Part shown: positions 1 to 15,784 of the stretch, piece after piece
Layout: the number at the start of each line of letters is the position of its first letter
Numbering within the stretch: the first letter of the stretch is position 1
Assembly (NCBI RefSeq): GCF_009914755.1
Contig: NC_060942.1
From: the human T2T-CHM13v2.0 reference genome, Homo sapiens
DNA length: 64,000 bases
Strand: one strand, 5' to 3'
Position numbers and translations under genes: made by a program
The notes under the pieces: generated by a model
Database searches by the model: none
What the model saw: the letters and a program-made list of their open reading frames with translations, nothing else
Told to the model about the DNA's origin: nothing

Positions 1-545
1 GAGGAAAAGCACTTCAAGAAGATGGACTAACACTTGCAATGGTCCTAAAGTGAGACAAGTATCATTTCTACGAAGCATTGAGAGGTTGGTATAAACAAAA
101 CATACAGGGTGGAGGAAAAACGTTAATGAAATAGGAAACTAATAGAGCCCACAGGCTTAATTTGTTTATAAACTATGGTTAATGGTAGCCCCAAGAATAT
201 TTGCAACAAGGAGTAATCGGATTATATACGTGCCTTTAGAAAGCGCTCTCTGGCTTCATTGTGAGGAATAGGTTAGGCAGAAAGAAGGGAAGAATAAATG
301 GGGGAGAGACCACACAGGAAGCTATAGCAGCTTCCCTGGGAGTTTGAACCAGAGTGGAGGTTATAAATGGAGAGGAGCGGAAGGGTTTGAGAGATAGTCC
401 CAAGGTAAGAATTAATAAGATGTTGCATTTGATTTTATAAGAAAGCTGAGGGCAAAGGAGACATCAGGAATAGCCCTTGATTCTTTGATTTGCTTAGCTG
501 GATGAATGATGATGCCATTTGCAGAGGCAGAATTGTCTGGAAACT
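1..545 (-). mobile_element. L2 LINE fragment (old, degenerate)
   Basis: Purine-rich text typical of antisense L2 (tttagaaagcgctctctggc..., ggagagaccacacaggaagctatagcag, gctggatgaatgatgatgccattt); boundaries approximate. Confidence 0.6.
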
Positions 546-974
546 CCAGGTGTTTCTTCTTCAAGATGACTCTGAGTTTGTACTCTGATCACTTCTTCTG
601 CTTTGCCACATTTTAATTATGGGCAAAATATAGAATGGGAAAACCACAAAAACATAACTTGGAAACAAATAAAGGAAATATTTCCACAATCCAGAAATAA
701 AAATTGAAAATAAGGTCATTTTGTTTAATTAAAAGAATAATTTAAAAGAAGGGGCTAAACCTGAAGGTCATCTTACCCCAGATTTAAAAACAGGTGGTGG
801 TGGCCAGGGATTCTGCTTCTCTGGGCAAAGGAGACCAAAAACACTGCATTTTGGAAAGTGACTGAATTCAGGCTCTTTGTTTGAAAGTACAGGATGACTT
901 TACCACATTCATGAAAATAGGCTACATGAAACAACTTTCTATTCTGATTTCTATTAAGAGAAATGAAAACCAAT

Positions 975-1497
975 TTGCTTACCTATAGAGAATGTTTATA
1001 GCTGCTTTATAGGTAATTGCCAAAAAATCGAATCACACCAAATAACTCTCAATTGTGAAACAGATAAGCTGTGGTCCATTCATACAGTGGAATATTGCTT
1101 AACAATTAAAAGGACTAAACTATTGACACATGCCACTACGTGCATAACATTCGAATACATGATGCCAAGTAAGGAATCCAGATTCAAAAGGCTGCACACT
1201 TTATGATTTCATGTATATGACATTCTGAAAAAGCCACAACTGTAGGAATGGAGAATACATCAGTGGTTCCCAGGGGCTGAATGGTAGAAATGGGAGAAGG
1301 ATGTGGAGGATGTCACTACAAAAGGTAGCACAGGGGAATTTCATACATGATGTGTTGATGAGGAATGTTGATAGAGCAGTTTTGTTTCTTGATTATAGTG
1401 GTAATTTCAGGATTACATGCATTTGTCAGAATCTTCACTGTATACCAAAAACAAGAAATTTTGTTCTATGTTTAATTAAAAATGAATAAAATTAAAC
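975..1497 (+). mobile_element. L1M (L1MC/ME-type) 3' end
   Basis: gaatgtttatagctgctttat...gtggtccattcatacagtggaatatt...tatatgacattctgaaaaag...cagtggttcccagggg, ending in an A-rich tail; resembles old L1 3' UTR consensus. Confidence 0.8.
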
Positions 1498-1599
1498 CTG
1501 GATTATGATTCTCAGATGCTTGCACTTATGAGACCTGGATCTTGAAAACTAGTGGAGGTAGTTGCAAAACCACTAGGAGTGAGAGACGAGCACAGAATA

Positions 1600-3245
1600 G
1601 AAAGAGAACTAGAGAAAAATAATCTCCACACAACATACACCTATAACCCCAAATTTCAAAACAAATGAAAACATCAAATACCAAGTAAGAAAGTCAAAAG
1701 AAAAAAAAACTGACTAGAAGAACGACTTCCTCACTTAAAACCAATGTTATAGTCAGATGAAGAATTTAAGATAATTATGTTTTATATGAGTAAGGATATA
1801 ACTGATAAAATAACTTTATTTTAGAAGAAGAAATTATTTTTAAAATAAGCTATAATAAAATAAAATGCGGATAAATAAAAGAAACAACTAGAAAATCTTG
1901 CATGATCAAATATTCCTATTGATATAAATATTTTATTGGTAATGGCAATTCAAGATGGGCTACAATCATAATTGTGGTACAACAATAATATTTAGAGTTG
2001 AAGAGAATATTTTTAAAAATCCGTTCCCAAAATGCAGCACAGAGAGACAAACAGGTAAAACAAGGCTAAGATATTATAACAAGGAAAAAAAATCCATTTC
2101 ACTCACGAATTCAGATGCAAAAATTCTAGACAAAATATTATCCAACAGAATCTGCTATCATGTAGAAAGCATAATTGCCAATGTGGGTTTACTTTAGAAA
2201 CACATATTAATAGATTAAAAGGGAATATCCATATAATTGTTTCAATAATTTCATAAAACACTTAATAAAATTAAATATAAATTACTGTTAAAAGTTTCCA
2301 GCAAACTAGGAAGGGAACAAAATTCTCTATTATTAGTATTATTAGCATTATTTTAAACAGGAAATGTTAGAAGAATTAGAAATGAGATAATACACTCACT
2401 TTTATCAGTTCAACTGCTTGACTTTGTATGGGAGATCCTAGCTAGTGTGATTGAAACAAAATAAAAAGCTTAAAGTTCAGAAAAGAATAATCAAAATCTC
2501 ATTAATGTAAATGATACGTGACTTTATATTAAAAATTTAAATAAACTATGAATAAATTTTAGAATCATATGGGAGTTTAGCAAGATTGCTAGATAATAAG
2601 ATAACCAAACAGAAGTCAGCTGCAATTTCATACTCCAGAAAATATAACTAAAAAGAAGACAATATCATAAAAGAGCACCAAGTAACCAAGAATGAATCTA
2701 ACAAAAGATAAGCAAACCTGTACTTAGAAAATTATATTTTATTTATTTATAGTCATTAAAGAAAGGCTGAAGTGAAGAGATACTGTGTTCAAGGAAGGAA
2801 AAGATTAGTATTGTAACATTGTCAATTATTTCCTTAATTTATAAATAGATTTGATAAATTATAAATTTAAAAATATGTATGAAACAATAAAGAGCCAAAA
2901 ATAACCAAGACTGCTTTGAAAAAGAGTAAGAAGAGAGAATTAGCACTATCCAACATCAAGTTTTATGGTAAACCTATAGAGATAAGTCCATAAAGCACTG
3001 GCATAGGCAGAAACAAATTGACAAAAGAAGTGAGGTTATAACCCCATAATTGACTCATGCATTTATGAAAAAAGTTCCCTGGCATACAAATGGACAGCTG
3101 TGGCCCTACAGTATTTATTAAATGGAGTTTTTCAAAATTGGCTATACACTGAAAAAACTGTTTTTGGATTTCCCACCTAATATCATATACAAAAAAATCA
3201 TCTGTAGATGTGTGAGTATGTATTTAAAGGTGACCTCCAAAACAG
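1600..3245 (+). mobile_element. degenerate L1M fragment (ORF1/ORF2 relic)
   Basis: A-rich strand; ORF 1955-2197 contains SISLTNSDAKILDKILSNRI, matching L1 ORF2 [20 protein letters not shown]. Confidence 0.75.
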
Positions 3246-3249
3246 CTCA

Positions 3250-4620
<1,371 letters not shown>

Positions 4621-4623
4621 TAC

Positions 4624-5132
4624 TGTATTAGATTTTTTTTTAGAGCTGCTATAACAAATTATGACAAATATATTGGCTTAAAACCATACACCTTTATTAT
4701 CTTACAGTTTTTTGTGTTAAAAGTTTGGTACAGGTCTCACTGGGCTGAAGTCAAGTTGTTGACATGGCTGTGTTTCTTCTAGAGGCTTTAGGAGAATATC
4801 TACATTGCATTTTTTAGTTGCTAGAGGCTGCCCCTTTTCTTAACATGTGGCTCCTTCTTCCATCTTCAATGCCGGTAATGGCTGGTTAAGTCCTCACACT
4901 CCGTCACTCTTATCTTCTCTTCTAACTCCCTTTTCCACTTTCAAAGACCCTTGTGATAACATTAGACCCCTCTGGATAATCCAGGATAATGTATCTATTT
5001 TAAATTCTAAGGTTAGCAATCTTAATTCCACTGGTAACTTTAATTCTCTTTTTCCATGTATTTTAATATATCCACATCTTCTAGAGATTAGAATGTGAAT
5101 ACATTTGGGAGGCCATTATTCTGCCTACCACA
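4624..5132 (-). mobile_element. MaLR solo LTR (MLT1D-like)
   Basis: Ends tgtattag...ggccattattctgcctaccaca (reverse complement of the MLT1D start); 5-bp TSD agtac/ggtac. Confidence 0.85.
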
Positions 5133-5139
5133 GGTACAT

Positions 5140-5606
5140 ATGAGTTAGGTTTGTTTTCAGCAAAGAACAATCAAAATCCTATCAGAAAGGGCTTACATAA
5201 GAAAATCCTCACTTGTTCCATGCTTTGAGAAGCAGCAGTTCAGGACCGCATGGCAACACAAGCATGACATCAGAGTCTCCAGCCTCTTCTACTTTTCTGT
5301 TATATAATCTTTGATGCAAAAGATGGCTGCTTCTCTTAGAGGTATCATATCTGCATTCTAGGCAAGAAGAAGAAAGTGGAAGAGGGGAGGGGCAGTGCCT
5401 ATGTCAAGAATGTAAAAAGATTTCCCAGAAACCTTAAATTTGCATGTCATTATCTAGTACTGGTATTTTAGCTGCAATGGAGTTTGAAAAAGTAAGATTT
5501 TTTTTAAAATCTGGACATAGTGCTGCCCTTTTCAAAATCAATTACCTATTAGTAAGATGGAAGGGGGGTAATGAATACTGCATAGGAAACTAGCAGTGTC
5601 AGCTAC
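5140..5606 (-). mobile_element. older MaLR LTR (MLT1J/K-like)
   Basis: aagatggctgc, tttcccagaaacc, gctgcaatggagtttgaaaaagtaag, ggaaactagcagtgtcagcta resemble MLT1J/K. Confidence 0.6.
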
Positions 5607-5835
5607 TAAATAACTATCATCATATTTAATGGTGATATTTTAGAAGCGTTTTAATTCAAGTCACGGATAAGGTGGAGATGTCCACTATCACTTCTTCTAT
5701 TCATTCTTTTGGAGTTTCCAATCAATGGTAATACCAAGAAAAATAAATAGAAGGTATAGGAAAAGAAAGCAGAAAATCATTGAAGATGGGCATATTGTCA
5801 GTAGGACATCATAAATTGTTTTGCAAGGATTTTTA

Positions 5836-7960
<2,125 letters not shown>

Positions 7961-9099
7961 ATGTGGATCTCTACTAGCCACAGTCATGAATTGAATCATG
8001 GTATGGGATCCTTTTCTATATTCACAGAATGTTCCACACATCTTCAAATAGTACTCCCTCTGGGATGACTTGGTTCATCTCAGTGATAAGTGGCATCTTC
8101 TGTTATTCATCAATTTCCTAAGCAGCCTAGACATACAAAACTGGGGGGCACAAATTATGCTGAGTGATAGTATGATCACATTATTTGAGGTTGTAAGATC
8201 GGCTCCACAGCCAGCCTTTGACACACGATAATTTTGGGTGCAGTTTTCTTCCATCAACCCCTCCTCCTCTTTATTCATCCCACCTCCATGTATACACAAT
8301 TGACTTGTTTATCCCGACTCTTGGTTTTTCAGACCTTACCTTATTGCCTCTCAGAAGTCTTAAAGCAGACCACAATGCTCTAGGCTCTATCCTCTTGGTG
8401 TTCAAACCCACCAAATGGTGACAATCTGTTTAGATTCTCATTCCTTTTGGGTCTTGTTGGTGACTGATTGGCTAATCGGTCAAAACAATTTATGCAGAAG
8501 CACAAATGGCTGAAGGTAGCATGGTGCATTGTAACGTCCTTGTAACCAATTCTTCACTCAGGTTATCAGAGCTTTAGTCTCAAAGAGTGATTAATGGTAT
8601 GAGTTTCAAGCACTGTACAAAAGACAGTTGGAGTCTCTTTTCCAGGAAGAAAATACTTAAAAGTATTTCTCAAGCTCATTCCTTAATTCACGCAATAGCT
8701 GAGAGTCTGTTATATCTGCTATATCCCAGACATTGCTTAAGGTTCTGGCCATAAGAAATGCCTAGGTCTCCGACTCACACCTTAAATAATTTATAGTCTG
8801 GGAAGAGACAGATGCATAACAAAAATGGGTAATAGCTGCCACAATAGAAATCTGTAAGTGTGCAAAAGAGACATAAAAGAGAAAGTGAAAATCCTCATTG
8901 TCTCATTTCCTCTGGGAACATGTTTCAATAATGATCCTTTCTCTTCTGTTTACTTTTTGTTTCTTCTCTACTGGCCCTTTCTAGTCATCCTATAACTCAA
9001 GTCCATTTCATCTAAAAACAAAATAAAATAAAACAACAGCCTATTATTAACTCTGGATATCCTTCCATTTTTGTATTTCTCCTTTATAGCCTTCTTAGC

Positions 9100-9271
9100 A
9101 AAAATGTTCTTAAATTAGGTTGCATATTCTAATTACCTGGGGAAGGGGACTCATGCCTGGACCCCACTCCACAGAAATTCTGTTTATTTGATCTGGGAAG
9201 TAGGCATCAGGATTTTTAAAGTCTCCAGGGTATATTCTAATATGAATGAGCCAAGAATGAGAGCTGCCATT
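9100..9271. mobile_element. MER5-type hAT-Charlie DNA transposon fossil
   Basis: atgcctggaccccactccacagaaattctg...gcatcaggatttttaaagtctccagggtatattctaatatg...gagagctgc. Confidence 0.7.
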
Positions 9272-9489
9272 CTGAAGAACGATAAGACTGATCACTCCAA
9301 CATTATGTGCAGTGCAGGACATATTAAGAACTCAATAAATGGCTATTACCATTGCATTAATCAATAAATACGAGTGTGCTTTGAGTGCATGGGTGTCACA
9401 ATCTAGTTAACAGAAAACTGGTAGACATATTTGCCTGACTGAGGTGGAAATGACTTAGTATTTACCAGCTGTTCCAGATTTGTTTCATC

Positions 9490-9625
9490 TTCAAACTGTT
9501 GACAGCTAAAAGGCAAGACTCTTAGCACTCAGTTTCTCCATCTGTAAAATGGGAAAAATCACTTATTCTGAATTACGGGGTTGGTTAGAGGATTAATTAG
9601 CTCATCTTTGTAAAATGCTCCACAG
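9490..9625 (+). mobile_element. MIR fragment
   Basis: Core motif ctcagtttctccatctgtaaaatggg...gaggattaa. Confidence 0.75.
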
Positions 9626-12427
9626 AGGGGCAAAAAAAAAAATCTATAAGAGCTAAGGATTATAGTCTCTCTGAAGCATCTATAATTTGTAGAGACTTTC
9701 ATAGCCCATCTGGTCAGTGAAGCCTATAGTTTGGAGCCTTACTTTTGCTTCAAAGCTTTAGAACACAGACTCTGGTTAAACTAACTGGGCTTCACTTAGC
9801 CCCCGGGAAAATGACTATAAACTTGTTGCTGTCGAAAATGTCCACAACCTTTGCTCTTTATACTCTGAGTGAATGTTCAATCCTACATGTTCCCCAAATG
9901 CCATCTTTTATGTCTTCTCTTGGGAAAGACAGTGGTGGAAGTGAAGAAGAAGGGCAAATGGGACCTCCCCCCACTTAAACCTATCCATCAGTTGGATGAT
10001 GTGTTTGACAACTAAACTGGATCTTTACCTATTTTTCTTGCAGGATTTTCTAGTAGCTGCTTTCATACCCCATTCCAGTAATATTTAATGTTGCCTCATC
10101 GTTCCATTGTGCTCAAAGGTCTTCGTAAGGACACTGAAATAAAAACGATGATTCCTGGCATCTGCACAGAGTGAAGCAAGAGAATGTTACAAATGAGAAA
10201 ATAGAGCTGGGGTCTGCTTTCTTTCTTTTGGCAAAAAACCTGCTATAGAAACTAATGTAGATGAGGGGGCACTGAGCCATATATAAGTGAGTAATTATCT
10301 ACTGTTACAGGCCTTATTATCTCTCCAAATGTTTGCTAAAATTCTGTTGGGCAGCCATCTGGACCCAGAGATTTACCCGTGGATAGAGAGTAGATTGTTG
10401 TTTTAACTTGAGATAGGAAAATTTCTTTCTTTAATTCTTTTCTGTCATCTTCTGTTAAATAATTTAAGTGAATGTCTCTTACACAGCTCTCTGTGAGTCC
10501 TCAGAGTAAGTGGATTCAGTGTGATAAACTCATATAAAATATTTTTTGAAAGTTTTCTTTTTTCCCTTTTCCCCCACCGGAGAATCCAAGGACAGTTTGC
10601 CATCTGTTGTAAGAATTTCATTAATGCACCTATTTTCTCTTCCTTTTTGCAAGAGTGGTCAGTCCAAATAATTTGTAGCCCTCTCCTGTTATGGGAAGGA
10701 TTCGCTGCCCGGAAGCATCACCCCATCACAGCTAAGTCCCTGCTCTCCATTATGGCTTTCTCTCAGGTGGCTTTGTTAGCTCAGAACAACAAAGCCTATG
10801 TCCCAAAGCCTGGTTGGGTATCAATAATTTAACAACATGTCATAGACAACAGTGAACCATGCTGCTAGGGTTGAAATATTCCTAAGGCTTACTATCTATT
10901 ATGCTGGGTTTTCTCACTATGCAGTGAATGGAGTACAGGTGGGCCCAGCATTTTCCCAATTCAGAAACTTACAAGATAAGATAATGGCACAGGGGAGGGT
11001 TTATTTGCATTACAAAAGATTCCCTGATTTACCAAAGGGTTCACTTTGGATCTTCTTTAAATTAAGAGCTCGTTTTCAGCAATTAAATGTTTATAGGCTT
11101 AATTTGTTTGGCGCTTTCATGATAACACTCCCAAAGAACTGCCTTATTCAGACAAGATGACTCTCCTTCAGACTTGACTGGTCAAAAGTCTGTGCAAAAA
11201 ATATTTGAAACATAATATTCAAAACAGAACTTTTACTTCATATTTTCTTTTGGTCTAGATTTCATCACAGTCTGGTACATATAAGTGTAGCTTAGAGTCG
11301 GCTGCACCTGATTTGAACACAACTGACCCCAAATTCTCACTGTCTCACTTAGACACATGACCCAGTTACTCCCCATAGTGCCAGATAAAATGCCCAGGCA
11401 CCAAAAACATCAGGCAACAGTGCAGAACGTTCTGTTCTAGTAATTACATTTGGGAGACAGAGGAAGGTTTACAGTGCAGTCCCGTAGCACAAAACCACAT
11501 AGATACCCAGACATAGTTACATCATTCCTAAAGTCCCTCTCCAAGAATCACAGGTCCTCTCCTGTCTGTCTGCCTCAGCAAGTGCCCAAACTCAGGACCT
11601 GTTCTTCACCCTCTTGGAGTTTGTCCCCGCTGTGCAGAGAATTCTGCCCTGCTCAGTCCAGTTTCTGCTCCCCTACTGTCAGTCATCACTGTGGTTAGCT
11701 AAAAACCATCTCCCCAACTACCAGAAACTCCCAGTATATGCCTTCTGCTCTTTTTCTTTTATATAATGGTTTCATTTGTTTGTTTGTTTTAGCTAAATTA
11801 TTCACCTTCACTAGAAAGGTTTACTCTCTTTGAGACTGGCCTGCTGCCACATATCAAAGAGGACAAGCCCAAGTTTGGAGCATGACACAGGGCCATCTAC
11901 CATAAATCATCAGAACAGTTTGAACAAGGGGCAATTATAAATGCCCAGGAAAGCCAGAGAATCATTGCACAACTGTTTCTTACACTGTCTGAGTAGTTTA
12001 CGCCAGATCAAGTCAGAGTGATTGGGAGCCTCACCTCCCCTCCTCAGGATGGACTAGATTGGCCCCCTGATCATAGGGGTTTCCATCAATCATGGGTTGT
12101 GGGTCTGCACAGGAATTTTGCTAAGAAGGGCTTGAGAACTAAGTGAGGAATATGAGGGGTCAAGGGTCAGATTTAGGAAGAGGGTACTCCTTTCCTCCTG
12201 CTTTTCTTACTAGGATTTATCAGGAACTCTCTTCTCCTATAACTATCTTTGTGTTGTGGGTCTCCATTGCTATCCATAAGAGCATCTTTGCTGCTCTTCT
12301 GGCATTCACCCTCTAAGCCCCTTGGATGTCGTGGCCACAGAAATCTCACTAAAGCACCACTTCCATCCCAGCATTTCCCCTGCTCAAAAACCTACGCTGC
12401 TCCTTATGTTCCTGCATCAGTTATAAA

Positions 12428-12560
12428 AGGCATGACCATATAATTTATTGCCCAAACCAGGACATATTTGAGAGTAAAAAAAGGTGCACTTAATATTTAT
12501 GTCAAGACCACAGGTGTAAATGGAAAATGCTTCATGTAACAGGGATATATGGTCACCTTA
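12428..12560. mobile_element. MER94-like hAT-Blackjack MITE
   Basis: Terminal inverted ends (gg)catgaccata...tatggtcacctta; interior taatttattgcccaaaccaggaca...gagagtaaaa matches recalled MER94. Confidence 0.75.
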
Positions 12561-12659
12561 AACATAATCTCCCTACCTTGTGTTTGAGACTATGTTTCCA
12601 TACTACTTATCAACCTAATCTTATTCCAAAGGTCAGAGCACTACTGCAATACTAAAAAT

Positions 12660-12908
12660 AATAGCAGCAAAGGCAACCATAATGCTAGCAACCACTCATG
12701 AGTTCTCTTCTGTATAGCAAGCACTATGTCTCAGTGACATTTACTTTTTCACTTTCCACATTCTTATGAGATCAGGGTGCCATTTTTGCCATTTTACAAG
12801 TGGGTAAACTGAAATAAAGAGGTTTAAATACTTGGCCAAGGTCATGCAGCTGGTAAATGGCACCCCTGGAATTTAAGTCCAGGAGAGTTTGACCCTGTGC
12901 TTACCACT
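12660..12908 (-). mobile_element. MIR
   Basis: ccattttacaagtgggtaaactgaaa...cttggccaaggtcatgcagctggtaaatggca. Confidence 0.75.
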
Positions 12909-12930
12909 GTTTGCCAAACCATCTCCTTAC

Positions 12931-13268
<338 letters not shown>

Positions 13269-14789
13269 TAAAGTACTTTGTAAAGCACATAAAGAATATT
13301 TAGGATTACAACGGATGGAATGTTCTCCTAGTCTGGATGTGGTCTCCCCCATACTGCTGAATGGCTGAATTAACATTACCCAACTCCTTCCCACCCTTCC
13401 ATCTTTGCTTATGCTGTTGTCTCTAAATTGATTGCCCTTCTGTGTTTTTCGTGTCGATCCATGGTCAGTCCATCTGGCAAAGCCCAGTTTAATTTCGTAC
13501 CCTCTGTGAAACCATAGCTGGCTACTCAGTTGACATTAATCCCTCCCACCTGTATCCTCTTAGCCTAATTATCGTTCGTATGGTACACAAATTTGTAATA
13601 AATTAAAATTTTCCTTTTCAGTTCTCTAATGATTTTATGTTTGTTATTCTTCTCTCCTTAACCTGTATGCAAATCCTTCAAAGACAGGGGACCTCCTAGA
13701 ACAAAATTTAACTTGAAATTTGGCCAGATAAATATTGTTTAGACATTTTTTTTTAACAAACTCAGTTAAGAGATTAAATAACTCATCTAAAATTCATATT
13801 AAAAAAAACGCCCTAAAAAGATTGTTAATTGTTTAATATTTTTTTCTACCAAAAAATGAGATATTCCTAGTAGCATTATTAAGACACTTCGAAATAAGAT
13901 TTTTATTTAAGTAAATGGACACATACTAAAACAATTATCTTAAAATAAAATACTCTTGCTTTTTAAAGAAATATATCCAACTGGTTTGAGTTGTCTCACC
14001 TTGTGATGAGGAAAAGTAAACTCCAACATTTTCCTCACACCTGTAATGGGAAAAACACAATATCCTGCTGCCTGGGCCAGAAAAACCAGGAAGAACCCCA
14101 GGGATGTTCTGTAGTCTCAAATTCACTAGAAACTTATTTGGGGGGAACAAGAAGGAAACTGATCTCAAAATAGACATGTTGACTATATTGCCCCAACAAT
14201 AATGTATTGAAATTCCTGACGAGGCTGAACAATACCTAAACCATCAGCTTCATTCTGGCTTCATTCCTTTTGCTAATAAATTGGTGTGAACTTCCCTGGC
14301 CATGCTGAGGTCATCTGCCAGCATGTGACTGATGATTCTACATGGGGAAATAACTCAGTAAGTACTACTCAGATAGCCAGCAATCTACTCCCATTGTCCC
14401 CAGGCCCAGGGCAGCATGCAAGCCCTGGCTTCATGGAGTGGTGGCTTTGGGCCTGATGAAATAGGCACTGGGCACATCACTTTCCAAAAATGATCAGAGA
14501 GCCATGATGGAGAAAGAAGGCACTAAAGGAACAGGAGGCATTCTAGAATACAGACAGTGAAGAATATTACAGTCACTAATTTGCAAAAGATTATGCCAGT
14601 AGGAAATCTTATGGCCTATTTGCAAAAACACTTACCTGAGTTACTCTGCAGGATCAGTCAGTGAAAAATTACAAAATTAGCCAAGGTGCTTTTTTTTTTC
14701 CTTTTGTTCCAGCATCCTTGGTACACTTCTGATGCCTGAAGTCCTTATGCTCCTCACTGTTCTTTCTCTAACACTCTATTGCTTCTCAA

Positions 14790-15015
14790 AATAATAATAA
14801 TAGCAAATATCTAGAGATTGCTTATTATGTTCTAGGAACTACACTTTTCACAGAACACCTCTTTGATTCTTACAAATCCACCTTGAAATTGGCTACAATT
14901 TTTACCTTGACCTGAAGTTGTTGACAAATTTTCCCAGACACACGGAACTAGTTAAATGGCAGAACTGGGTTGTAAAGCCAGGCAGGGCCACCTGAGTCCT
15001 GAGTTTCGGCACCCA
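14790..15015 (-). mobile_element. MIR fragment
   Basis: ataataataatagcaaatat...gcttattatgttctagg...ctagttaaatggcagaactggg. Confidence 0.6.
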
Positions 15016-15230
15016 CATAAAGCATACACCCAATTCACTCATGCAGCTATTTTTCCACCAAGAAGGAATGTGGTTTTAGAAACTAGTTTACTCTGAGATT
15101 ACAGACTTAACCAATCCCCTTCCCAAGGTTGCTCATATTTTAAAAAATCTCAGAATAGAAACATTGCATGTGTGTCTAGTAAAATGTCATCCCAACGGTA
15201 GATAAGATTTTTCTTTGTATAAGACTAGTC

Positions 15231-15784
15231 TTTTTTACTTTTTTTAACTTTAAGTTCTGGGATACATGAGCTGAACGTGCAGGTTTGTTATATAGGTATA
15301 TATGTGCCATGGTGGTTTGCTGCACCTATGAACTCATCATCTATGTTTTAAGCCCCACATGCATTAGGTATTTGTCCTAATGCTCTCCCTCTCCTTGCCC
15401 CCCTCCCACCCAACAGGCCCCAGTGTGTAATGTTTACCTCCCTGTGTCCGTGTGTTCTCATTGTTCAACTCCTACTTATGAGTGAGAACATGAGGCGTTT
15501 GAATTTCTGCTCCTGTGTTTGTTTGCTGAGGACGATGGTTTCCAGCTTTATCCATGTCCCTGCAAAGGACATGAACTCATTTTTTATGGCTGCATAATAT
15601 TCCATGGTGTATGTGCCATATTTTCTTTACCCAGTCTATCATTGATGGGCATTTGGGTTAGTTCCAAGTCTTTGCTATAGTAAATAGTGCTGAAATAAAC
15701 ATATGTGTGCATGTGTTTTTATAGCAGAATAATTATTATAATCTTTTGGGTATATACCCACTAATGAGATTGCTGGGTCAAATG
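15231..15784 (-). mobile_element. 5'-truncated L1PA (PA7/PA8-like) 3' end
   Basis: ttaagttctgggatacatg...gtgcaggtttgtta...ccatggtggtttgctgcacc...gattgctgggtcaaatg; TSD aagactagtctt (15221-15232) / aagacccgtctt (15785-15796). Confidence 0.92.

Noticed and set aside
8461-8480. CTGATTGGCT (NF-Y CCAAT box)
   Set aside because: Isolated motif with no CpG island, TATA context or downstream gene evidence; not enough to call a promoter.
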